Shown here: piece by piece, positions 41,301 through 56,300 of the stretch
How the letters are laid out: each line of letters begins with the position of its first letter
How positions within the stretch are numbered: position 1 is the first letter of the stretch
Source of the DNA: Tubiluchus corallicola
Lineage: Eukaryota; Animalia; Priapulida
Length of the DNA stretch: 64,000 nt
Assembly: GCA_030141605.1 (NCBI GenBank)
Contig: JAQGDQ010000007.1
Location: 186,001-250,000, forward strand
Reading direction: 5' to 3'
Notes under the pieces: generated by a model
What the model saw: only the letters and a program-made list of their open reading frames with translations
The model's database searches: none
What the model was told of the DNA's origin: nothing
Translations under genes and position numbers: made by a program

Positions 41301-44300
41301 ATTTTCCAGTTCTACTATTTTAGCCATTGATTCATTCTCTAAATCATGCATTCGTTCCACAGTCTGAAAAATAAGCAAACAAACAAACATGTAAATAATT
41401 CATAGTCTCAGCAGTTGCATGAACAATAATATTTCATAAAACTCACTAGCTACAGAATGTATTCTATCTTTCATGCATTTAACAGTTCAGTTGTTCTTTC
41501 GCCTATTTGTTCTTTTTGAAGTGAACAATTCATTCACGCAGTGTTTCACTTATCCTTTCATACCTTCATTCATTCACACATTTACTCACTCACCATAATC
41601 AAACTCTGTTGATCGAGACAGAAGTGATCAACTGCAAATATTTCTGTTAATTACGAAACATAGGTAGTTGCAACAGTGTTCTAATATCTATAAATAACTT
41701 TCTGGCAAGGTAGTTTATATTTTTAGGTTTACCTTCTCTATAATATTTATTATACGTATGTTAGCTGAACTGGAAATATATAGGTGTCTTCTAACAGCTT
41801 ACTTCTCTTAACATACTATAAACTTATTTGTTTTTTATTTGTTTATTAGACAAAAACACCATTACAGTTACTTACACAGATATACTAAATGCAATTGCAC
41901 AAATGGAAAACAAAATTGCTGCAAATTCTTATTAAGTGAACAATTAATTAGTGAACAAACGACATGCAACTATTTGCAGATGAAGCTATAAGCTTGGTCT
42001 TGGAAATCCCTGCAATCCATTGTGTATTGTTAAGTGTTAGGGATGGGATAAAAGAGATGAGCAATGAAAAGGTTTGACATGTCAGTAAAATAGCGGTGTA
42101 AATAAGTAATGAAAGTAGAATAGAAGTAAATTTAAAAATTGTAAAAATGAAAAAATAATGAGGTGATAGTGATGAAAATGCGATGAAATGGCAAGCTCAC
42201 ATGAGATAACTCTTCTTCTAGTAACGCGACTTGGTCCAAGGCGGCACTTTTAGTATCAGCTTCATCCACCAGGTGTTGCACATCTAGTCTGTTGTCTCTG
42301 TAAGCTGATATCTGTACTTGTAGAGGATCACTCTCTGTATATTTTAACTTCTATAAGTAACCAATAGACAAGATATATTATTGCCTTAACTAAGCAAACT
42401 TCAAAAGTATCACTAAAATGTATTAAATTAAATTAAGTTATTTTATGATCACCCTTCAACGTATTTTAATTTTCCTAAAAAATGAAAATATATTAATTCA
42501 GATACATCAGTCCTGCACAAATTATATGATATCTACTTTTTGATAAATTAATTTGTGATTCACATTATTTAGATGAATAACTATTTTGTCCCCAAATTTA
42601 ATATACAAAGGTTTGTGTTGTACAGATTGCACATCAGAAAAAGAAACACTAGAATGATGATACAAAATGATACTATTATATAAAAAACAAAATACTCTTT
42701 TTGTGACAAAGAATCTGAAAAACTGTCAGAAATTCAGAGGTTAATTTAGATTTAAACTTAGGTAATTAGAATAACAGTCAGTTGCATATATGATTTTGTA
42801 CACAAAAGGGACATAAATAGCAACTGCTTCGTAGCTTTGGGCATTTGTACAACACCAAGGACAAAAGCAATAAATGTTGTGCATAGAGGAGCATGGCTTT
42901 CAAGCCTTCCCTCTGCATGTGCGAGGCTATACTGCATTAGTGATTACAACAAAACAAATTATACAACAATTATGCTAAATTATATAACTTGACCAATGAT
43001 ATTAGAACTAACATTAAGCAAAAAAATACATTATTAGCAAACAAAGTCAGATGTGCTACAATTATCTGTAAAACAGCCAACATTATATTTACCTCTAAAT
43101 AATCATCTAAACCAATCTTTGTAAACTCATACTGTAAATGTACTCTGAAGTTCATAGAGTCCACGGAGTTGACTACAATGTTAATGAACTGCATACAAGC
43201 CACCTATTAACAAAATAATAAACTAAAAGCATGGCTAAAACTTAAATAAATCATGTCATGTAAAAAATGAAGAAAAGCTTGACAAACGAGAATGAAAGTC
43301 CTAAAATAAAAAAAAGCCAATATCTAAATGACTGCTTCACAACAAACAGTTCATGAAATTATAACATTCTGAAATTCATTCTACTTGATAAGATGTAAAG
43401 TGCATTTATGTCTACAATATTACAACCACATTGTTCATCAATTTAATTGTTTATTCTGTAACTGTAAGTAATATTAAATTACTAAAACATTGTCTTGTAG
43501 TATCTTGTTGTATTTATTCCACGCTGTGCTCGCTTGAGAATATTTTAAAGCGATTTTGATGATGATACAAATAAAGAAAGTTGTTTTCTCAATAAAAGAC
43601 ACTGAATTCGTCTCATTTTTTTCCTGAAACAATTGTGTATTACATTTGAACAAATAAATTGCTGCAATAACAAAATATTGCAACAGTCAAAGTATAGCAG
43701 AAAGTATATTTTTTACTATATCAACAGGCTGCCTACCATAAAATCGATATTAAACTCCTCGTAATTTTTGAAGTAATACATGAGCAGCTCAAACCTGTCA
43801 TTTTCTCGACAAACCTGCAAACAAACACAAACAAACATTATGAAAATAACAATACAATTATAAATCACCTTCAGGAAATAACATACAAGGTAGTGATAAC
43901 AGTTCATCTTACAAAGTGCCTTTTCATTCTGGTTATTAGGCATGCTAAACTAACAAAACTCTCAACAACATAGATTAAGTTAGCTTAAAAACAAGATAAC
44001 CTTTGCTTTAACTGAATTTGTTTAGCAATTACAATAAAAGCAAGGATGACTAATACCTGTTTAAAATGATCAAAAGCCGCTAATATAATTTGATGGCCTC
44101 CTTTAACTAAACAAACAGCAGCTAACAGCTCTAGCACCAATGCTTTTGTCCTAAAAAACAAAAACTTTCGATCAATATATGCATATATAGAGAGGTACCT
44201 CTAATTAAATGAGAGAAAGCTATACTTAATAATGAGTACTGCAATAGAAGAAATCTTTTATTTACAGTAAATACAAATCTTTCTTTATTTTGGCACTTTC

Positions 44301-47300
44301 AAGCTGGGTTCCAGCATTCATCATAGAACCTAACTAACGTAGAAGGACCAAAATCTAGTTCATTATCAAGGACAATGCTCTAAAATAGGACATTCAACTA
44401 GCAGAAACTTACTGGCACAAAGTTTCAACATTTCTCCACTTTAACAAAGGAAATAGATTTTAAAATTTGCATATCAAATATTGAAAGTTTTGCCTATGAA
44501 TACATAATTATTGTCTCTAGAAAGTATAAGTATGTTATAAAGACAACCATATAGTTCTTCAGTTAAACTTCGTTATAACGCCAGGTCTGAGACACGACTA
44601 AATATGGCACTATAGCAGAGGATGACGGTAAGACAAGGTTCATTAAATATCAAAGCCATTCTGCTGTGCAACCTCGTTTCCTAGTTAATTACAATATATG
44701 ATAAATAGTATAATATTTTTATACTTATAGCAATACACGTGTTATACTGTGCATTTTTGCTGCATTAACAATGCAGGTGTAGTTCTACAGAAGTACCTTG
44801 CAAAACTTTTAAGTAAAACAGAGTAGAGAAGCAGTCTTCTGGAAATTACCCAACTACTGATAAGAGAAATAGCCGCCCACATTCCCAATGTAACATCACT
44901 GGACAATTAAGACTATAAATAGCTGCCTTACATAAGTTGACCTTGAGCTTTAACAGCCTGTAAATTCACCTCAGTATAAACAGTACAGAGCCTTAGTTAC
45001 GCAATTTTTCTGCTCTTAAAATACATGCTCCTTGCTCAAAACATTCACTTTCACACAGTCACTTGCTATGAAACCCAAATCTTAATTCAAACACCATATT
45101 TGTTTTTCTGTTCAGATGGCATTGTTTTTACAAGTGACTTTGTCTTGGCTGACATTATAATGGGGTAGATTTATTACGTAAAATAGACTTTTGGCACAGC
45201 AGATACTTTGGTGGATGGCAGTAGGCGAGGTAGGCAGTATTCCCTATATTTAACACATTATGGAAATTGGGACAGGGCAAAAGCTGTATACGATTTTATT
45301 TTTATAGGATTTCCACAACCATGGCTGCAAACGTACCCGAAGTCAAACTGGTTAAACTTGGTAGTACGTTCAAAGGAGTTCAATTTCATGAGATGCATGG
45401 CTTCCCAAACCCACTAACTAAACTTTTTTTTAAACTGTATCAATGTTCCAGGGTAGAAAATCTTTCCACTTTTTAGTAACACCATAATCGTAACTTGCAT
45501 TCATTATACAACATCAGTGTAAATATTTTGATTTAAAAACCATGCTAACACTTGATAAAATGAGTTAAAGCCTGTAGACGAACTTCTACAGGCTGCAACA
45601 AAAATAAATTCCAAATTACAAATAAGTGTGATGAACACCTCAGAGATTTGTGATTGAGACTAAGAGCTATGCAGTTGATGGCTTGCGGATGAGCAAATAC
45701 CATATTGAAGCCAAGTTTGTTATTCATGATTGCACGTAAACACTTCACAGCAGCATGAATGTCATCTTCTGCTTCTCCAACATTCAACTGTTCTTTTCTT
45801 TTTAGTGTTCTGCAACAACATATATAATTAAGTAATTACCACCAGTGTACCACAAATTTTTAGCTCTAGTACTTGGACAGACGCAGGTTGAAGTAACGGC
45901 AAATAACAGTAAAATGCCACAAGTTAAGCTTCATGAATGTTGCATATATAACAACAGCACGATCAAGCCACGACAGGTGACAGTGACAACAACAACAGTG
46001 ATAACGATGGCAACTATGGTAGTTTAGCAAGGTTTAACTACGTCCAAAAATTTGTATAGGTATACGTATGTGTACAAAAAAATGTACACTAATGACAGTG
46101 GCCGTGCTAGAATTGTTTATATTGAAACTATTATGGCAAAATCAAAACTAGGTTACAATTTTATATAATTTTACTAATCACATTTGGCACTATTAGTAGA
46201 TCTCCTAAGCTCAAAGTAATATGATATAATCATCAGAATTAATTCTCTGTATAACAGCATGAAAAGTGGAAGTCAAATTTGATAACAATGATAATTATGT
46301 AGTTTAGCATTTCAATACATTTCTTAAAGTCTATTTTTAATATATTGTTTAAATAGTTTCCTTGTCAATTTTTATTGTATTCTAATATTTCTTTATTGCA
46401 GTCATTCTTAATTGTAGACCTGTATTATAGTGCATCAGATAACATGTTTGCCGATTTCTGCACTTTACAAATAACTTGTCATTATCATCATTGTAATTAA
46501 AGCACGGTTAAAGTTTATTGATCACACTTTAACACCTATCTTGTCAATATGTGCAATACACATTACAAGCTTCCCTTTTTAACTCAACCTAATTCAAGTA
46601 ATGTAACTGTGAAGGAAATGTGATCACGACACCAAATTTTACAAAGCCTTTCTCAAAACTAAAATAATTTAATAGTAAAAATATATCTAGATAACTACTC
46701 ATTTTAATTCACACCAAAAAGATAATTACTTTCTCATTGTGCTCATGTCCCAAGACATGGATCTTCGCATGGTGCCTGGAGGTCCCTCTGGCTCCAATAG
46801 CCCCGAAGGGCCATTTTGCTCTGATTTTCTCCCGCCCTGCTTGCCGAGTCTGCGAGACTTATAGCTCCGCAACGTGTCAGAGCTCAGGTTACCGGATTTG
46901 TTTAAATCTTCATTGTATGTCCTAAACAACTCCTCACGTCTAAAATGCGGAAAAAAGTTCAACAAACATAAAAAGAAAATCAGCTAAAAAATCATAGTAC
47001 TTCTGCTTGTTATGTAAACATATTGGAAATGAAAACAAAAAATTTTAAAATAAATGTTTACAAAACTTACCTCATTAAAATCACAGCAAAATTTAGGTAA
47101 TTTACTAGTATGTCTAATCCATTGTTTTCTTCATTAAGGAACTCTTTCACCCATCTAGAAAAAGAAAAAACCAAACATGTTACCAGGCACTGTCACCTAC
47201 TAAAGAGAAAACAAAGTTTTAATGATTATTGTCAGAATTACGTAACAAAATGGTAAGATTCCAATCAGATGCCTCAGTTTTTTATCTCCATATGATTCAT

Positions 47301-50300
47301 CGTGATTCTGCTAGTTTGGGTGTCCCAGTATGCAATAGTATGCACATTAAATTGGCATATCGCAGCAAAAATACAGATATATCGAAAGCAACTTACTCGA
47401 TATGATTGGTTCGTAATGAAATCTCCAAATCTCGGAGCACCTGCGTTGACCTGGTATCACCCAAAAGTTTCTTTTGCTACAAAATTCAAACAACAAACAA
47501 ATTACTCACTGCTTACAAACAAATCAATGCTGAAAAGCAATGCTGTTGTCATTTTGGAAGAACGAAACTATGAGACCAAGATATGCAGCTAAATAAAAAC
47601 TGTGGGTGGGAACAATGACTCTTCCCACATGTTTCGACTATAACTTACTTACTTGTAAAGATAATTCACGTTTTTTTCTGGCTAAAAGCAACAAATAAAC
47701 AATAAGTACTAGGTAATCAATATTAATCAAGATTATTAAAAAATAAGCAGTAGCTTAGGTATATATGTTTTTAATCTCATTTAGTAAATGCACCTGCGCA
47801 AACAAGATTAAATTAGTGCACATGACACCTGCAAATAATGCAATTACGTGATGTACCTCCGCTGCCAATAATATTCAACATTCCCGGTAAAGGACATAAA
47901 TGCTAAACAATGAAGCCACGTGAAGACAGCTTAATCTATGCAATTTTTTCTGCTGATTTTGAGATAAATAAATAAAGTGAAACTAATTCTGAGTGCGGAA
48001 CCAAGAGAGAATGTCAAAAACACAGACAATTAGAAAGGGATTATATCGCAAATTTGGATTTTCAAGTTGTGAATTTTTTCTTCTTGTAAATTGCAAATCC
48101 AGGTCGTCATTGTGAATGATCCTGCAAATTCTGATGAATATCTTTCAAAACTAATAACCCAATGAAACTACTACAAAAATTTAGGAGAAAACATAAAATC
48201 TTAAAATTTCCAGATTTTACGATACGACGAGTTCTTCTTCAAATGTCTGCCTGGGTAAACTTTAAAACAAAAAAACTGAAAATATGTACAAAAACGAACT
48301 CTGTGCAAACTGCAAGTAACATAAGCATCGTGCACCACTGTAGTGCATATACCAATATGTACACAGCATAAAATAGGAAATAATTTAGGAAAACTCTATA
48401 TCTCTTTCAGTGTACTCAAGGTAAATTTTGAAAACTCATTATATAGAAAAATGATTTTATATCTGCTACACACGTGAACTGGACTTTAGGTACCAAGTCT
48501 AGTTTAATGAAAATCCACCTATAATTTTTGAGACGCTTCAACATTTTCTGCCAGTAAGCACCCAAATTTTACAAAATATAAAGTAGCAGTAGTGTATCAC
48601 TCAATCAGTGCATCTCTTGATTAGTGTATCACTTGATTAGTGTATTCCTTGATTAGTTATCACTCATTCAGTGTATCCCTTGATTAGTGTATCACTTGAT
48701 TAGTGTATCACTTGATTAGTGTATCCCTTGATTAGTGTATCCCTTGATAAGTGTATCCCTTGATTAGTGTATCACTTTATTAGTGTATCACTCAATCAGT
48801 GCATCACTTGATTACTGTCAACTTTTTTCTACAAGTGATTAGTATATAGCATAGCACAAGCCACACTAGAAATATAAAAACTGCCAACATTTACCTTTGA
48901 GGCAGGTATTTTTGGGTCCATGATTTTCATGTATGTATCTAATTTCGACAGGTAGGCAGAGGGTGGAGCCTTTGCTTGCACCTTATCCTGAAAGATAAAC
49001 AAGTAAATAGTTATCAGCAAACAGAAAACCACAGTGTAACGTTTACAAATACTTGAATGATAGTTGTGACGGCAGTATAGTGTCAACGTACTTGAGTTAA
49101 CCTAGTTCCGACAGCGTTTGCATTTGACTAGAAAATGACACACACTTTGCAAAAAAAGCAACAATAGCAAAAACCACAAACGCTAACTATAGACATCTCA
49201 CAGTATTTGCTGTATTTAGTATATTTAGTGTTGATCAGTTTTTCCTTTAGAATGCATCTCCTCCTAGGGCTTTCATATTTTTCCAATTTTTTTTCACAAG
49301 TGTTTGGGCACTGTGGGGTAGATGTGCACCCGGGGTTTTAAAACTGACAAGCTTTAAACGCCTGAGGGAGTGGCCAAAAGGCAAAATATGCCTTCCAGTC
49401 TCGACCGGAACTAGCTTGTAGCATGTCAAACGAAAGGTTCTCGATGAGACAAACCGAATGGTATAAGTTATGCCGAGACTGGTTGATCTCTGACCCCAGT
49501 AGACCCCAAAAACTGATAAGTGGGGGTCAGGAACAGAAATGCATCGAGTGTCTACAAATAGTGTACGTAGCATATCAAATGAAAGGTCCTGATGAGGCAA
49601 ATCGAATGGTATAGGTTATGCCAAATTTAGTTGACCCCAATGGGAGCAAAATAGGGGTCGAGAAGACAAATGCCTTTAAGTGCTAACCAAAACTAGTTTG
49701 TAATATATCACTCGAAAGGTCTCAATGAGACAAACAAACTAAATGAAATAAGTTATGCTGAAATTGGTTGACCTTTGACCCTTGGGTGATGGGGTGAATA
49801 GTTAAATGAGGTTTCATTGTCAAATGCACTTCCCATGTATTCAAGGAACGTGAATTCAATAAAAGAAAACAAACAGTTTCAAGAAAAACTGACTGTAATC
49901 TCTTCATTTTTAAGACTCAATTTTATAAATTTTATTTTGCAAACTCTTCAGTTTCTGATCATGTCAAAAACTTTGTCAACTAGTATTTCCTTTTGTTTTT
50001 TAAACAAATTAACTTTAAATTGTCATATATATTGATAAATTCATATCGCAGGTGCCGCCACATGCATATTACACGCACACAAAGTCTTGCATATAGGGGC
50101 GCACTGCTTGAGCATATGGGCCCGACTTGTGTCAAGTTCATCTTACAACCAGTCCACTGGAACAGATTGTGATTGAAAGTCGACAGCTACCTGGATCCAA
50201 ACGTAGCCAAGATACCACTACTGACTCAGAATCTATCTTAAAAGTTTTCACTAACAATGAACTATGTTCCTATTCTGCCACAATCATTTATATTAAGCAC

Positions 50301-53300
50301 TCCTTGCCTGTATGCTCTCTTATCATTTTGCAAAGCAATGAGCTGCACAAAACACCTCAGAAAAATGGTAGTCCCTCAAATACCCTGAATTTTACTACTT
50401 GCCTAGATTATGAAAGTTACGAAATACTTTAACAGACTCGCAGTATTCTCTAAATATCACTGTATACAGCTTATTAGCACTTATGTAATGACTGATTGAA
50501 TTTATTTGTGTTAACTTTCTTTTGTCGTAGTATGTAATACCAGATAAAAATTTCATTATATTATAATATAATGACAATAAATAAAATTGCTTACTTACTT
50601 ATGCCTTATTACTTACAGCATGCAGTTGCTGCTGTTTGATTTTTCCTAAAATTAATGATGGATTTTCAAAAGACAATTTACAGAAGTTAATTAACAGCCT
50701 AAAAATAACCCATTATAATTTGTTTTGATCCAACAACAATCTCTAACCAAGCGTTAATATAGCCAAATGAGCAAAAATCCACAATTCAAGTCAATTTGTT
50801 GCAAAAACTTCAATTTCCTATTTTCAGCCAGCCCTTATAGATGAAAGTAACACAATTAATCACTGCACCAACAATAATGAGATAAATGTAATTAATACCT
50901 GATCACAGATAATATCCCATTTCTTCGAGGCATCATACTGTCGTAACAACTTAGCCTTATCCGGAGGAAGATCCATTGAAGACTGAAAAGCAAAATTTTC
51001 AATACACAGTTAATTTTCTAATACACAAAATTTATAAAGATGCTCTCTAAATGAAGCTTTCAAAAACTTACAACTGCTCCTCCCCCCCACACCCGACCAA
51101 CCAGCCCCACTACCATGACCACCCCCACCCCCAAGAAGGTGAAGAGTTTCATAAGAACATCTTATTTTTAAACTTCTAATACTACACATCAATTAACATG
51201 CGTTTTGGAGATACATTGTAAGAATCTTCCAGATATCCAACCTATGATGATTCAGAAGTTCATTATAATATGCTTTTTTCCACTACAACTTTAATACTAT
51301 CAGTAAGAGTGAAACTAGCAAGAACAAATTCTCAATGCTCTTCAATTTATCCTTGATGACTTAACATCAATTTTTTCTATGAAACACTAAACAATCTATG
51401 AATAATACAAGTATTTTGACGAAATATGATCATCAGTGTAATGTAGGCAAGAATTTGGCTATTGTTGACACTCATTTAGCCATCAAACTTTATGGGGCAT
51501 TTTTATGTTCTCCAATATGCAAATTATTGAAAAGCTGTGTGAACAGAGAATCACTTTTCAGAGGTAATATAATTCGCAATTTACACAAATTTACAGTTTA
51601 GATACACACAGCTCACAGAACAAACAGCTTACATAATTCACAGATTCTAATCACGTAACTGTGTTTAGAAATATTTAGCTAGTCAGAATACCCAATACCT
51701 CAGTGTGCTACTTTCAAATTCTACTCCTAAAGATCAAAGCAATTCATCACGAGTTTAACATTTTACTAGAATTTTATTGTTTATATGAATGAGTTAAATC
51801 ATCAGTCATGCTCAGCCAGCCCGGGCCGGTGTGACTTTCCATGCAAATATTCATTTCTCAACATTAGAAACCAAGGAAAGGTTCTAGTTTTTTTTTAATG
51901 TTGAAACTGAAAAGTAAAATTATCAAGATATTTGTGTCATTTGATTAACACACTGTAAAAAGTAGATATATAGCTTACTAGATCCACATATTACATACAT
52001 GTTGAACAACGGTTTATAACAATATCAAAACTTTAAAAAAACAAGTCTTTGTGAAATGAAGTGCTTGTGAAATGTAATAAATTAATAAAAAAATCAGGTT
52101 AGTAATCGAGTAGCAGTTAGAAAAACAATTTTATAGGCCTATATCACATTATAGTTTGAAGAATAAACTTTGGTTAACTTGTCACCTGCCAAGATGAAAT
52201 CACATTATTTAAATAACAGCAACAGTGGAAACGGTGATGATGATTATTACAACAACAACTACAGCAGCCTAAACACCTGACCAAGTGTATTACTCTGACT
52301 GTGTGTTACATTGATACATTAATAAAACTTTATTTGCAGGTCCCAGCTACATCACTGTGTCTCAGCTACAGTGCTACCTGTGTTTATTAACTACTGTGTT
52401 TGTGCATTAGTCTTAATTCAAATAGTTGCAAAGTTTATTTAAATAAGTATCAACAGAGCCCGCCCTATTAATAGTGTGCGTAGCTGAATGCAAACATGCG
52501 CAGGTGCGATTAATACAGTTAACTCGAAGCTAGAATTTGCGTGTGAACAGGCATGCATTCAAGTGTGGAATCAGTTATTCGAAACCTTTACGCTAAAAAA
52601 TAAGGTCCGCGCGTCAGTCATTATTGTATTATTCTGGGGCGACCATTGCGCGTAAACTCCGTTCAAAGGAAGGGCAGCTCTATGACAAAGGCGCAAGGCA
52701 GAAAAGTACCTCACAATAAAAGTCACTTACTAAAATCCAATTTTTACTAAAAAACACATGAATCCTATGCATAATACTGTAATGCAACATAAACATAGGA
52801 CTTTTAAGAGTTAAGAATGATTCACAAACTTGAGACTAGCACACAGAATTATGGCAACACCTCTTATTACCTCTCAAAGGCCCTTAGGATTCTTCCGACT
52901 GCAATCGCTGTGAGTTAAAAAGCTAGAATTTTCAGGTGCGCCAATCTCCGAAAATACGCAAAAACTCGCATTCAGTCTTCACTCATTAATTCCAAAAGCT
53001 TTAGAAACTGGAGTGGAACTTATTGTGTTCACGTATTATGGCTGCAATCACACTAGATGTCTTCTGTCTTTATTCTGTTTTTTATCGGTTAATATAATTC
53101 ATAACACAGTGCCACTAATAAATATTATCAGTACTAATATTGGGGCAGCTGATTTAATGACCCACTTGGTCTTTCGGTGCCCTTTCTTCACGATATTGTT
53201 TAAAAATAACTGTTACATATTGTGAATGTTTTGTAAGGTGTATCAAGATAAAATAAAGATAATGTTATGTTATGTTAATTTTACAGGTTTTCAATTACAA

Positions 53301-56300
53301 AAGAGAAAAATTATACATATACATTGCTAAAAAGGTTAAAACGAAAAAACGTACCAGAACTAAAATGGCCTAAAGAATATCTAACTAACTTTAAGGAGCT
53401 GTCGTCTGCTAGAGGTAATCATAACTCTCCCTCTCCCCTCCCCAGGGAACAGTAAATAATGTCTACAAAATAACGCATAAATCAATATCTAAGACTGAAG
53501 CTTAGAGCTTACAAGTAACTGCGATAAACACTAGTGTCCCGCTATCAAGTTACACCAGTAAATCGCCAGGAAATCCAGGCGATGTGACAAGGAACAGGGA
53601 CTTCCGTTTAATGAGTAATATGAAGGTACAGTACGTTCGCTAGTTCCCACGGTGTTGTTAATGTGATGTAACAGTGCAATTTATTACCATTAATTAACTA
53701 TGCTGTATAAAGGCAGACTGCTAGCAGTGACCTACTTAATACGTCGACTGTACTGCGCTGTACCCCTGTTTAAGTTTAAGATCCAGTGAATTAAAACAAT
53801 TTCTTTCTGTCTACATAGATGGTGCAACATTCAATTCAATTCAATTATTTATTATCTCCGTTAGAACGATAAAAATACAGTATAAAGACTACATGGAATA
53901 TTTTAAAGCAAAGGAGAAGGGCAGCGAAGAACCCGTAGGTTATCAAGTCAGCCACCCTTAAATAGTTATGATTAAATAAACTTAATTATGGCGTCGTTAT
54001 CAATTTAAATTTGTATTCGGTTGATGTGTGTTAATTTGGCAATTGAATGATAGGTATCGTAATACTGTAGAACATATAGTTTAAATAACGAAAGATTTAC
54101 AATTCTAAAATACTATGAATCATGCGAAGCAAACACAATAAAAATAACTTGAGATTTTTAAGATAACAGAATATGCATAATTTGAGCATTAACTAAAAAA
54201 TCCGGCAAAAAAACAAAACAAAAAAACAGTAGAATGATCAACCAAAGCTGTCGAGAAAAAAATATAATAGATTAAACCAAGGAAAAATAAGGCAAATATA
54301 AATCATACAAAACAAAACAAGAAACAGAAGCAAATAAGAAAAACAAAACTGAAATGTTGTAATAATAACATCAATGACTGAATTTGTCGAAAAAGAAAAT
54401 ATAATAAATTAAACCATCGAAAAACTATTTCAACTGTAAATCAGACAAAATGAAATCAAAATATAACAAAAACTTAAACAAAATCTTTAAGTGTCGTAGC
54501 AATGAAAAAAATATGTATAGTATTACAAGTATATAAGCAAAATGTCTCATTTATTTGTATCCTGCAATAAGTTGTTTTTTATAGTTTAAAATTAACTTTT
54601 TGTAGTTACTGGACTTTAACTGGTCTGGTAATGAATTCCACAGCAAAGATCCTTGGTGTTTTAAAGAATTCTGGCCTTTAGATGAGTTAAATCTTTCAAT
54701 AAAATAAGATTGGGTTGTAGCAAACCTATAGTAGAGTGGTGATGCATGTGACATGCTAAAGTATAATAATTGCTGAAGAGATCTGGAAGTGAATTATTTT
54801 TGAATTTATGTACAAACTTGAGCAATTCTAATTTATACAGATCATGAACTTTTAGTAGATTTAGTTGCAAATACAAAGGTGTTACATGTTCCCTTTTGCT
54901 AGTAAATGTTATAAGTTTGATAATCTTGTTTTGTTTAGAAACCAATGATTTTAAGACCGATGCTGAAGCACTACCCCAGGCGAGAATGCCATAACTCAGA
55001 TATGGCATGACAAGAGAAGAATATAAGAGCCGTAGTGCATCTACATTTATGTAGTGTCGTATTCTAGCTAATACTCCACTTAATTTGCTAATTTTGTTGA
55101 CTATATGTTGAACATGTGTTTTCCAAGTAATTCTACTATCTATAAATATACCAAGATATTTGATTTCTTGTGTAGATTGAATAGTACAACCTCCCATATT
55201 TATGTTTAAACTATTGTTATGTTGCTTGTTTCCAATTAACATATATTTTGTTTTTTTATAATTTATCGATAGCTTATTTGCTTGCATCCATTTATTAATA
55301 TTGTCCAGTTCCACATTTACTGAATGTTCTAATGTTTTGATATTTTGGTGTGATAAAAATAGGTTTGTATCGTCTGCAAACAATCTGGTGTTAAATTGCG
55401 AACAAGATGGCAGATCATTAATATATAAAAGAAATAACAATGGACCCAATGTAGAACCCTGTGGGACACCACAGGTTATATCAGCAAGTTTAGATTCCGA
55501 TGAGTCAATAGACGTAAACTGTTTCCTATTAGTAAGGTAAGACGTGAAAAGCGCAAGAGGACGTCCCCTGATACCATAGTATGATAACTTATATAACAAA
55601 ATGTCATGTTGCACCGTGTCGAATGCTTTCGATAAATCTAAAAATATAGCACAAGTAGTTTTCCCCTTATCAATATTCGCAAGGAAGTTTTCAATTATTT
55701 CTGACACAGCTAAAGATGTAGAATGATTTTTTCTGAATCCAAATTGGAATTTAGTTAAAATTTGTTCTTTTAAAAGAAATTTAGCTAGCCTAGAGTAAAT
55801 TAATTTTTCAAAAATCTTTGATATGGGAGATAAGAGAGATATTGGCCTATAATGAGTGGGATTAATGGGAGAATCAGATTTGTAAATCGGGATTATTTTT
55901 GCAATTTTCAACACGTCAGGATAGATACCCTCTTCTACACATTTATTGAACAGCATAGTTAATAATGGAGTAATAATGGAGTGTGAAATTTTAAAAAACT
56001 GATTCGAGATGTTTTCGGGTCCTGCTGATTTATTGGTTTTCAATGCAGCAATAGCAGAGGAAACTTCGTACTCGATAATTGGCGCAAAAAAGAAGGAGTT
56101 CTGATTAGGCATTCTAAGGAAAGAATCAAATGTTATTGGAGTAGGTGGTACCTTTTTTACCATATCAGAACCAACCGTTGCAAAATAATTATTCATGAAT
56201 TCACAGATAGCAGGGGGTTCCGTAATCTCAGCATGATTTATTACTAGTTTGGTTGGAGTTATGCGCTGCTTGTTTTGTCCATTGATCAAATCATTCAATG

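Noticed and set aside
48590-48814. CRISPR-like regular repeats
   Set aside because: Head-to-tail 16-bp units with no unique spacers, in a eukaryotic intron; a minisatellite.
49581-49630. Hammerhead-ribozyme-like CTGATGAG...CGAA motif in the ~140-bp repeats
   Set aside because: GAAT replaces the required GAAA, stem II is only ~2 bp, there is no UH cleavage site after stem III, and the sister repeats lack CTGATGA.
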